Positions 38,401 to 49,971 of a stretch of DNA of 64,000 nt are shown here, piece after piece (the stretch's first letter is position 1; every line of letters begins with the position of its first letter). The translations under genes and the position numbers were made by a program. The notes beneath the pieces are model-generated. The model ran no database searches. It was given only the letters and a program-made list of their open reading frames with translations, and was not told where the DNA came from. The stretch comes from Amoeboaphelidium protococcarum X5 (lineage: Eukaryota; Fungi; Aphelidiomycota). The stretch lies in the NCBI GenBank assembly GCA_023515725.1, contig JALDTO010000098.1:1824164-1888163 (forward strand), in the 5' to 3' direction.

Positions 38401-39036
38401 CCAGAGATTCTGCGCCCATCGACTTCAACTTTCCATCTCTGATGGTGGTACAGTTACGAGGCACTAGGCCAAGGAAGGACTTCAATATAGCTTCACTTTT
38501 TTGAATTTGCACAAACTCAATAGTGGAGTTGATCAAGGCCACCAGAATCAATATAGCACCAACGTATAAACTAGAGATACCATTCTAAGGATCAATTCCA
38601 TACAGAATGAACGATAGAATACCAGCGAATATGAGCAGTTGATTAAACTAATTGAACAGGCAATGCAAAAACTTCAAATAAGCAGGCGTTGACTTTGGAG
38701 GAGACATCATGTTGGGCCCGTGTTCTGCCAGCTTCTCCTCAGCCAGGCTCTCACTAAGACCTTGCGACTAAGTGGGCTTCTCAGCATCAAACTTCACACC
38801 GTAATACTTTTGAGACAGCTCTTCGGGGGACAGCATGTGCTCCGTAATATGAACAGACTTCTTTTCTTTGTCATGACCCTTAACAACAGGCTCCTTCACA
38901 GCTGAAGTATTTATTTTAGAGTCTTCTACACGATCAGTAATTGACGCACTTATAATCATTTACATCACGACGAAATAAGCCTAAGAATAATCTTACCTTG
39001 AACAGGTTTAATCTCAGTTTCTCCACCCGTTTCCAT
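35414..39036 (-). CDS. P-type ATPase of the P2C class (Na+/K+ or H+/K+ type; fungal ACU-like)
   Basis: [92 protein letters not shown]; intron 38926-38996; ends TAA-AAG-TAG-TGA. Confidence 0.92.
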
Positions 39037-39660
39037 TTCTTATTCTCACTGCAGATTATTATAATACTTAAAGAGTAGGAAGTAATAAGCTAATTATGAA
39101 AAATACAAAGACAGATGCAATTAGTAGACTTCGGCAATCGATCTGAGTAAAGAGAGAACAACAAGTTATTAAATGAGAGACTGCGATTGGCAGAAACGGA
39201 TTTCCGAAAACGGAAAGCCAATTGATCGGCCGCGTCTGATTCGACTCACCTTGAACTCCTTTTCATTACAGTGTACTTACTTGTTAAAGTTGCGAATGAT
39301 GATATTTCTCTGAACAATCATCAATCTATTTCATCTCAACTTGATATCATGAATGTTCTATAATGTCTTTTTATTCAATTATCTTTTCAATCTGTGACAG
39401 TTACAGCTGCTTACTTAATGTTTCGTAAATTTTACTGGTATGTAACTCGGTCTGAATCGTCATTAAAGTAAGTCTGTGTCTAGATATATAGAATTTAGTT
39501 TTTTTTTTGCCTAAAATATTGTCTTTCGCCAAATCTTAAGCTGCAGTTGCAATATTAAAGCAATGCGGCAGTTCCCAATTGCCAAGATCTTCAACACGCG
39601 TTCGGTTTAATCATCAGATATCCATCCCATAGCCAGCGAATAAACAGCGTTATATTTGCC

Positions 39661-40986
39661 ATGACCGTGAATTGTCAATTTCAAGCGGCTTCTATTCCCT
39701 TGGCTATCGGTATTAAAGATGTAGAATATGGCATTTAAAAGGCTTTCAACGACTGTAAATCAAAGTTGAGTGACGTCTACCAGGAAATAGGTATATTCTG
39801 CTGCCGCTTTGAAGGCGACGACACTGGAAGCGATAAAGATTGCCAATTATTCGTGAATACCATGTCAAAACTAGTCAGTGATTGCAAAGTCGCGCAAGTA
39901 CATTCTTTTTATAAAGGATAGCTAAATACGCACTGGTATGAATAATGCCTTGAAGCAATGGGTGCGTTGAATTAGGCCAAGAGATCACTCTTCATTTTCT
40001 ATTACTCTGGGCATGGAAAATGTATTAACGGCGCCAATAGTCTAGTGCTCACAGCAAAAGACTGTCTTAATGAGCACAATCGTGACTCTTATCGCGATTT
40101 TTATTATGTGAAGGAGGTATTGATGGAAGCATCCACAATTAATCAAATGATGGATGTGTTGATGGTTCTCGATTGCTGCTGTTCTGCTCTTGGTGGTAAT
40201 AAAATTGCGTCTCTCTCGGGGAAAGTGGAGTTTGTCTCTGCTACTCCCAAGGAGGATGGCGGTGTTACTAGTTCTCGATCAAGATTTACCAGAGCGTGGT
40301 GCAATGCCATCGATACATTCATCAAAACTGGACGTGAATTCTCTGTGCAAGATATTATCGACTAGATGAATTTGAATTAAGCTGCTTCGCTGGATTAGAA
40401 TATCAAGCTATTCAATTTAAAGTATGGAAATCGGTATCCGATCAAGTTTATGAAACCGGCCGTTGAGAATCCATTGAGCAGACTGCGAGAAGTTGTTAAA
40501 TCGCGCGTAGTTGTTGTCGCGTTTCACATTAAAGAGTCCACTGGTGATGATGTAGTCGCTGAATTGAACAAGGCTCTATCAGCACTTAACATTGGAATAT
40601 CAGCGGTTGCGACAGCTGCGTTCGGCTTCAATCTGTTGTTAGTCGAAATGCCGGAAATGATAGTTGACAGTCTGAAACTTGGTCAATCCTATGTGAGTTT
40701 GATTTATAGTGGTAAAATGCTGATCATTAAAGAGTCTCAAATTTACAAGGGATAGGACGTTATGGCGCGTATCACGATATAAAGTCAACTTTATCCCACG
40801 AAAGCTGCCATGGAGTAGCGGTTAATCGAGTGGATCGACAATGAATTGCCGTGGCTATCAAGGGATGAAAAGTCAGTTATAAGTCAACGTTTATCAGCGA
40901 GGCTGGGTTGGAAATGGTTAGAAAAGTCCTTTGAAGTGACTTTAGACCAGGTTGATAATACTTTTACTTTGGCGTACTTGGATTGA
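39661..40986 (+). CDS. Caspase-fold (peptidase C14-like) protein, 441 aa
   Basis: LFIFYYSGHG (His codon 40012-40014) and DVLMVLDCCCSA (D-x-C, Cys codon 40177-40179), then VEFVSAT...SRFTRAW; intronless open frame. Confidence 0.75.
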
Positions 40987-42362
40987 TCAATTTGTAGCTA
41001 TATAGGCTTCACCGTGATTATTGCAAGGAAGTTTGAATTTGCACATTAAATAGCATTCAGTAATATTAGAATATAATTACTTTTCATCATTGTTTTATTG
41101 CGGGTATTAACAGTGCTGATCATTGTAATTTTTTACTTTAGTTATTTCTATTTATAACCTTTTTCTTTTCCAACAACAATTAATATTAGTACAGTATCAT
41201 ATACTATTAAATATGAATTTTATTTTAATGAAAAAATCAGAATTTGAAACACATAATATTGGTCCATATAGGTGATATACAATTTTTACAGTAAATACCT
41301 CATTTCTCCGCACACACGTAAATCTTGTTGGAGAAATGCCGAAAAGTGAATATCCGAGGTAAAATTACCTACCGTAAAACCTTACATGTCCGATAGAATG
41401 AAATCAAACAGAGAGAAATAATATTTCATTCATTCAACCGTATATTCAAACCTTCTGATCAATTTTAATTTCCCTATTCTTCTTCTTAGTCATTTTATTG
41501 CGGCTACTGCTGTTAAGCAGCTTACTAGGCCGGTCTCATCTAAAAAGTTTCCGCATCTATACTCGTCATTAGTACGTATTGGTCCACATATCACTCAACG
41601 CGCTACGCATTTCTTTATTGACCATGTGGCACCATTCCGTGCAACACTGGGGCCAGAAAATCTGTTAAGTCGTCGTTTTCGGCATTATAGCGGCGAACGG
41701 ATCACCAACCTGATAGAGTCTCGCAATTCTTGAGACCCAGGTGGCATCGATCTAGGAACTCCAGCCTACTAACGTTGTCTAGCTTAATTCTGTGCCAATT
41801 AATCTCGTGCGCCTTGATTGCGGCGCGGCACATTCACTACCCTATGCGCTTACTACCGCGCTTGGCGAGCCGGATTGCGGCGCAAGTTCATACTATCCTA
41901 TATCGGGATTCATGAGATTAAAAAGTAAAGAGAATAGCTAGTAAGTGAAAAAGTTCCTATCGCCTTTCAAGCCTTCAGAGCGTAAGCGCTTTCGCTAGAC
42001 ACAGCAGACGATCTTTTTTGTGGCTGTGTACAGTCTGCCACCTCCAACGTGAATGATGAGATCATGCGATGATCTGTTCATATGTCGAATTTGATGTCAG
42101 AAATACGAGTTCCCTCTCTCTCTCTCTTTCTCTCTCTCTTCTGCTTATTATATCGTGCTAATCACTATGAAATTATAGGGAAGTTTATGTTTATTTATCA
42201 GATTCATTGTTTACTTCACTTGTATTGTAGGCTCGTTTTAGCAACTCGGGCACCTGAGGTCTAATTGGTCTTGTTTGGACTCGTGTGCCTGAGTTGCTTG
42301 GCTTTCTGTCCGTCTGTCTGTCTGTCCGTTTTGATGTCCTGTTGGTACTATTTGTGCGTCTC

Positions 42363-42490
42363 AGTGAGGACTAGGTACTGATCGGATCAACTCTGTTGGT
42401 CAGAAGTGCTAGCAACGGTCATCACAAGTGAGGGTTAGGTACTGATCGGATCAACTCTGTTGGTCAGAGGTGCTAGAAACGGCCATCACT
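42363..42490. repeat. Two-copy ~64 bp imperfect direct tandem repeat in a gene-free gap
   Basis: agtgagg..taggtactgatcggatcaactctgttggtcaga..gtgctag..aacgg..catcac occurs at 42363 and again at 42427. Confidence 0.9.
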
Positions 42491-42931
42491 GCCCCTGTGT
42501 AACATGCATAAAGCAGCGCGCACGTTACTTTATCTCCTCACTGTACTGTACCCAGACAGTATTAGGAGGCGGAGCAGCCATATGTGTCAGTCTGGGTACT
42601 ATTTACGGGAATGGTGGCTCCGTGGTCGATTTTTGTCAAGTGAGTTGGGACGGGGGCATTTTGCTGTCCAACCATTGCGCTGCCAATGTTGTTGGTCTGG
42701 TGAGTCTTGGAGGAGCAAGAAAAATTCAGGCCTAATGAGTACCAAATCCAAAGTCATTTTTTTTTTACATATCGTATCTCTTTATAAAAAATATTTTATG
42801 GCGAACAGCAGTCGCTCTTTCAGTAATTCGACCTGAGCGCTGCGACACTTTCTTCATTCGTTCTCGTGCACCGTTGATATTACGTTACTTAATTCAACGT
42901 ATTATAACCGAGTAAATTATAGGAATCGATA

Positions 42932-45900
42932 ATGTCTGCCACTAGTCCAACAGGTAGTAGTAAGAATGCGAAAATTAATTTGGAGGAATAAGTTACGCAA
43001 TTCAAGTGGATGGATGTGATAAGGAAGGACGAGATTGATACTGCTAGATCGTTGCTTGACTCGTCGTAGCACTCTAGTGTTAATTAAGCTTTGGTGATGT
43101 GTGCGCAGTTTGGCACTGTTAAAATGATGACTACTATTTTGCAGTATGTGTTTGATCATGTCCAGTTGGTGGATATCAATTATTAGGACTCTAATGGCGA
43201 TACTTGTCTTCATCATGCATCTAAAGGCGGCCGCACTGCTATAATGGAACAAGTGTATAGAATGTCTATGGAGTATGAGTTATCAAATAATACTGTGATT
43301 TTGGATGACACTTTACTGAATAATGATGCCAAAGACATCTTATTGCTGGCGAAAAACCACCAGATCGCATAATTGATTGAGAACTAGAGAAGTCATTTTA
43401 TGATGAACGTCTACCAGCAGCTGTACAACTTTATAGTGAACAAGGAGCAAGTGCGTAAATTTGAGACCATCCTCTCATATCCACGAGTTAAGAAATTGAT
43501 TGATCTGAACGTAGATTTGGACCATGTGGGCGTGATGAATGTGGGGGATGGAAGTAGTGTGCTGGGAGCTCTATTGCATGTCGCCTGTGAACACAATAGT
43601 GGTGACTATGTCAATCTTCTGTTAAAGTATCACTGCGATCCATTGGTTAGAGATCGCAAAGGTAGACTGGCCAGTGATAGAACTAAAGATGAGCGTATCT
43701 TGAAGTTGCTGAAGGGAGTCTTGGCTTAGCAATCTTACACCAGTTTGGCGATCAGTTCGTCCCCTGTTCTCTAGTAGTCCTAGTCTTCATCATCTGCGTA
43801 GAATGGAAAGACTCCGCAGAAACTTACTGGCACCCTGTATAAGTGGACCAATTATGCTGGTGGTTACAAAAAGCGATACTTTGTGCTTGCCGATGGCACT
43901 CTATCGTATTATCGGTCTCAGATGGAATATCCGGTAAAGTGTCGCGGCATGACTTCCTTGATTATTGCCAAGGTATGGGTCGACCCAAGTGATAAGACCA
44001 GATTCGATCTTATAATGGGTAATAGTCCTCAAATGAATGATTCTGGACTGGCTGAACTATCCTTGACTTAGTCTTCTAGTAAGAGTCTCCATAACAGCGG
44101 CAAGATGATGGATGACAGTTAGAGTAATCATACCAAGGCCAAGAGTGAAAGTGGAAAGTAGAGTAAGCATGAACGCAAGCTTAGTGATAAAGGCATCACA
44201 AGATGGCATCTGCGTGCTGAACACCCAATGGAGACTAAGCGTTGGATAATTGCAATTACTGAGGCAAAGCAATGGCTACAGGACCATGGCGATATTCCTA
44301 GAGCAGCTTTGAATCAGAAAAGTGGCGCCGCTGGTAGTGGAGCTATGGTAGTATAAAGAAAGCTGAGCGAGTTATCTGATTCTGGCGATGGATTTCCTCA
44401 GAACAGTGGATTCAGAGGTTCGTTTAATAACAGCAATACTCAGATGCTAAAGTCTTATAACGATGTTGATCGTGGATCCATATCTGACCAGGATGTTTTA
44501 GGTGATGATTCTTACGCGTCACTGAAAGACAAGGACAAAGAAGGCGATAAAGTGTATGAGGACTTGATGTAGTAGTTGCTGAAGAATGCAGCGTTCATTG
44601 TCTAGTAGCACAACGAGCTGTTGAGTAAGATACCGAATTTAGATAAGTAGGTACTGGACATGATATAGAGCTCTGGAGAGAGTTTGCAGACAATTGTGAC
44701 TCAAGTGTCCAAGAAGATTGATGATAGAGAAAAGTCATGGCGTAAACGTTTGCAGAGAGAGGAGTAGATTAAGCACATATGGGAAGAGAATTTGCGCGTG
44801 TTGGCAATGGAGCACGACAGTTTGTAGAATAATGCCTCCAAATAAATCGCTTCAATGTCTCCGAAAGCCAAGACTGTTGGCAATGCCTAGAAGGTTGATT
44901 TAGAGCAGGAAGAGGAAGAGGAGTTGGACGAGTTCTACGATGCTATTGGCGATTCTTTGTCAACTGCTGACTATTAAAGTGACGGCGATGCGAGTGGGGG
45001 TAAAACTGTCAGCCTAATGGATAGTATTGCTCAAGGTTATCCAAGTGCGCAGTAGTTCAGGAAGACTCTCCCCTCTCTGGGTAAACGTCCGCCCGAGATA
45101 TCTCTGTGGTCCATTCTTAAGAACAATATTGGTAAAGATCTTACAAAGATTGCGCTCCCAGTCTTCTTTAATGAACCACTGTCGATGCTGTAACGTTTAT
45201 GTGAGGATATGGAGTACTCTAATTTGCTTGATATTGCAGCATCTCGCGTGAATCCTGATCCTAATGGCCTTGATACTGGAAGATTTGAGCGTGTACTCTT
45301 TGTGGCGGCCTTTGCTATGAGTAATTATAGTTCAACGCAAGGCCGTGCAGGAAAGCCTTTTAATCCTCTGTTAGGCGAGACGTTTGAGTACGTGAGACGT
45401 GATAAGAATTTCCGTTATCTCTCTGAGCAAGTCAGTCATCACCCTCCGATCAGTGCATGTCATTGTGAGTCTGATAGTTATGCATTCTGGGCTCAGGCGC
45501 ATTTGAAGACCCGATTCAGAGGTACATCGCTTGAGATTATACCGCTTGGTACGTGTCATGTGTTGTTGAAAAGCACCGGCGAACATTACTCGTGGAAGAA
45601 GGTGGCCACACAGGTGAATAATCTGGTGATTGGAAAGCTGTATGTTTAGCATTTTGGTGATCTAGTGGTGACTAATCATTCTACTGGTGATACGTGTACT
45701 GTGACGTTTAAATAGAGTGGATGGACTAGTAGAAACTAGTATGAGCTTGAAGGAGATGTAAAGTCAGCTGATGGCAAAGTGATTTATAAGTTGTCCGGTG
45801 GTTGGGATGATAAATTGGTTTGTAAGCCGGTGCTTAGTGATACTTAGATTGAACAGTTGGTCAAGGGATCTAAGAATCCGTACGTGGGAAGTGATGTACA

Positions 45901-46375
45901 AACTCAATCTCTCAGCAGGAGATCATCACTCCTACGTACCAGTATGTCTTCTGCATCAAAATCTGCGCATGGAGATAGTAGTGTCGGTGGAGGTTTTGTC
46001 ATATGGAAACGGCACCCAGTCAGTGAGTTGGCTGAGAAGTAATTCAATTTGACTGACTTTGCCATTACTCTTAATGAGTTGCCAGATGAATTAAGGCATA
46101 AATTACCACCAACTGATTCGCGTCTCCGTCCGGATCAGAGTGCTATGGAGAACGCTGAATATGAACTGGCTGATTAGGAGAAAGTCAGATTGGAAGGCTC
46201 ATAGAGAAAGAGGAGACATGAGAGAGAAGGAGAAGGTGCTGAGTGGGAGCCGCTCTGGTTCTAGCGCGAGATTGACGAAGATTCAGGTGAAGAGCACTGG
46301 GTGTACCGGGACAATTATTGGCAGTGTCGCCGATCTGGAAAGTGGCCGGAATAAGTTCTCCCAATCTTTGACTGA
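42932..46375 (+). CDS. Oxysterol-binding protein homolog, Osh1/Osh2 architecture (ankyrin, PH, FFAT, ORD)
   Basis: Ankyrin GDTCLHHA and LLHVAC; [20 protein letters not shown]; FFAT DEFYDA; [49 protein letters not shown]. Confidence 0.93.
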
Positions 46376-46508
46376 TTTATAATGAAAGTATATTTTATAC
46401 AAAGTTTATTAGATACGCCGAATACTTTTATTTGTGATGAAAATTCCCCCCGAGTGTCTTTTATCCTTTTCAGTCCGTCACGAAGAGAAAACGGCAATAA
46501 TTATTCGA

Positions 46509-48848
46509 ATGTAGAAAATTGATAAACGCAAAAGAGCCGTATCTGACGCTTCCGCTACTCATAGCGAAGACAACAGGGAAGAACAAGTGGAACTAAAGAG
46601 TGAAGATAATATGCAAAAGTCCTAATTCGATGTACTCAACGAAGATACTGACGCGCTTATTCAGTCATAATTGGAATCGAGAGAGTAGAAGCGTAAGTTG
46701 AAAAAGCAGAGAAAATCGCTGATAAGGTTATGCTCTCCGCCCGTGATGAAGCTGAATATGGAACACTTGCTGATGAAGAGGAACAATTTGATAAAGATTA
46801 AGGATTGGCAGAGTCTGATTATGCATCTTCTGTCCGATGGAATGAGTCTCCCGTGGGTGATGACGGCGGAGAGGTAGAATGTTAGACAGGTTGTTTGTGT
46901 GATGGTACAAGGCATATTGCCTGAAGATGTGTTTGCTGATTATAATGCGTAAAGTATTCGTCAACTTTAAGCGCAGAACTAATAGGTGATGTACCCAGCG
47001 CCGCTCACAGTTGACGCTGTTAATTACCAAGCTCATACTCTAGAGAAATTATAGTCAGATTAATCAGTATTGTTAAAGACTTCTGCCGCTCAAAGACTCG
47101 CAGGATCTTTGTTAACCGGCGGCAAGAAGAGATCATTATTATCTCTGCCGGGCGATTCTCCTCTCCATTCTATCGCTGATATTATAGAGCATGCCGTGCT
47201 GACTAATGGTCCGGGGGAGAAGAATCGCATATAGAGTCCACTTCAGGCGTTGTTGGAGGTACCGTTAACCAGCGCGTAGAAGGCTCAATTGAAAGATGAT
47301 CTTGATGGTAAACAGGTGGCTCGCGTGGAAGACTATTGTCTAACCCGTGATGATTTGATCGCCAACGAGTATCCAGTGTATGGTGAAGATGAAGCGCTGC
47401 CTGAAGGTTGGTTGAGAACATTGAGACGTAGAGATTCTGCACAAACCAATGGTAAACAAGTGGATGAGGAGGATGATGGCTTAATGTTGAATATCGATGA
47501 TGGGTTTGAGCTGGTGACCAAGAATAAGAAGAAAGGCAAGGTTCAGAAGGTTAATCAGCTGATGAATAATAACTTAGAATTACTTAATCAATTCAACTCC
47601 ATGAAAATATTGGCGATTGATTGTGAAATGTCGTACACTCAATCTGGACTCTCGTTGACACGAGTTTCCGTCGTAGATTAGCATAAGACTGTTCTATTGG
47701 ATACGCTTGTTAAACCTGAGGATGAGATTACTGATTATAATACAAAGTACAGCGGTATCACGGAGGAGTTGATGCGCGATGTGAAAACTACATTGAAAGA
47801 CGTGCAGCATATTCTGTGTAATGAATCTGATGGATTAATATCTGAAGACACTATCCTGGTTGGACATTCTTTGGAGAACGATCTGAATGCTTTGTAAATT
47901 GCTCATGATAGAATCATAGATACTTCCATCATTTATCACAGCAATCGCGGTCCACCTCAGAAAGCGCCACTTCGGTACCTGGCTGAGAAGTATTTAAACA
48001 GATTGATTTAGGAGAATTCTAATAGCACAACAGCTGGACATGACAGTATAGTTGATGCTGTGGCGTGTATAGATCTACTTCGTCTCAAGCTGGAGAAGGG
48101 TTACTCGTTCGGATTGTCAATGACTGAGAGCGAGTCGCTATTCAAGCGGCTTCAGTCTTGTGAAGATTCGCCATTTTTGGCGTCAAAGAGAAAGTTGTTT
48201 GGAGATGAAGCTCAATCTGAATTGCAAACTGTTGACTGCTGCATGGTGGATTCTTACAAAACACTGTAGAATTATCAGAATTAGATTAAATCAGTGAGAG
48301 CTTTATAGACTGATGCTGATATTGCCGAGTAGTTGAGTCTTCTTGTACGCGAAAAGTCATAACAAACTCCTCATCAAATTGGTGATTAGACTGTAGATTA
48401 CCCACAATATAACTTTGTGTTTGGTCGATTCAAAGAAGTTCATCATGCAATGGAAAATATGAAATCTCTGAATTAGGATGTAGTCGGCGCTATGCAGAAA
48501 TTGGATGAAAGTCTCTTGGAGGAGGGGGAGTTGAGCGTCGAAGAGATGAAAAAGACTCGCGCGTAGGCATTGACTGAAGCCGCTGGACATATCAGAAAAG
48601 TATACGATGCCATGTCTCCATCTTCTGTTCTGATCGTACTAAGTGGTCTTGGTAACACAGTTAGAGCTCACGAACTTATCGCTCAGAGATAGTAATATAT
48701 GCGCTTGGTCAAGGAACATGGTGCGCACAAAGTCCACTCTGATTCCGAACTGTCTCAGTTCGTGTTTGATGAACAACTAATGCGCCAACTTGAAATTGAA
48801 TGTCATATCGGACGACTTGGCGTTGGATTACTCAGTGTAAAGAAATGA
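46509..48848 (+). CDS. DEDDh 3'-5' RNA exonuclease (Rex1/Rnh70/REXO5-like)
   Basis: ILAIDCEM, LTRVSVVD, DYNTKYSGIT, ILVGHSLENDLNAL, IIDTS, GHDSIVDA; start is ATG 46509 or 46611. Confidence 0.88.
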
Positions 48849-48981
48849 TTATCATAATATTATACATAATAAATAGATGGCATTTTATAAGAGTTTTGAA
48901 AACATCAAATTTAAATTTTGAATAATAATACTCTTCCTACACCTTTTCCCCTGAGAACCAACACCACGATCAGTATAACCA

Positions 48982-49713
48982 ATGAGCTCGTAATTCATAT
49001 AATCAGTTCAAGACGCGTTAGAGGAGTAGGAGAACGTGAAGGCACAAATTTAAGAGCTGGTCAAGAAGGTGGATGACTGTGCTCGTCAGGGTAATCTTGA
49101 AATCTCGCTGCTTCACCAGGCTTAATCTGTGGAGGAGATGTAATCAACCATCACGCGCGTCATCAGTGCTTTGGAATCCACCTTTGATAAAGTGAAGCCA
49201 GAGTTGAGTAAATTTGAAGCAATTATTCCCGACGGTCAGTATTACAAATACAATGACAGCTTCAAGATGGCTCTATAGAATGTGATATATCTCAAGTGTA
49301 TGTAAAAGTTTCTGTAGGCCTGTTCAGCAAACGCTTCTGCTGCTGAATTAAATTCAATTTCAATCGTTGACGTGTCGGACGTTGAGAAGTGCACTGGACT
49401 GCGCGTCGCTGGCTTGACTGGTGGTTAATTGAGTCAAAGCACCGATTCGCGGTTCTTTGTGAGCATTGAGGATGTTCTGCACGGTATTCTCAGTAGTTGC
49501 AATGAGTTATCTCGTTTTGGCACTACATCAGTTATCGCTAAGGTGTACTGGATGCCAGTTCGCATTCAGCAGTACTTGATGTTGGTGAACAAGAACTTTT
49601 AGTTGTTAAACTTGAAGAATGATAGTGTGAGAAAGCGATACGACAGTCTAAAGTATGACATCAAGAAAGTGGAAGAGATCATTTATCACTTGAAACTTAG
49701 ATAATTGATATGA
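48982..49713 (+). CDS. TSN: Translin, 243 aa
   Basis: GQYYKYND, IEDVLHGILSSCNELSR, FQLLNLKNDSVRKRYDSLKYDIKKVEEIIYHL. Confidence 0.92.
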
Positions 49714-49971
49714 GCATGTATTCTATAAAGTTGAACATCGTCATTAGGTATGTGTCAATTTTATTTCACTTTATTCCATGCTTAATTGATGTCAGGATAT
49801 AATGACACCAATAAAGACTGAATGACTGCAAACAGATTGCATCTTGATCAATCTGTCTCAGCTTGACTACTCCTTGTTCGTGGCTTTGTTTTACATCCCC
49901 AAATTTCATTCGCTTACAATCGAACGCTGTTGTAATTTAGAAAACTAGCATTATTAAACCCAGGAATTATC

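Noticed and set aside
207-38996. None of the 11 intron lengths is a multiple of 3, suggesting NMD-driven selection
   Set aside because: Ascertainment bias: I found introns where frames break, so in-frame TGA-free introns would be missed. It needs RNA-seq junctions.
41398-41733. ~111-aa plus-strand frame in the gap after the caspase-like gene
   Set aside because: No recognisable motif; length compatible with chance under a one-stop code.
42363-42490. Direct repeat as a CRISPR array
   Set aside because: Only two adjacent copies, no spacers, no cas genes, eukaryotic context.
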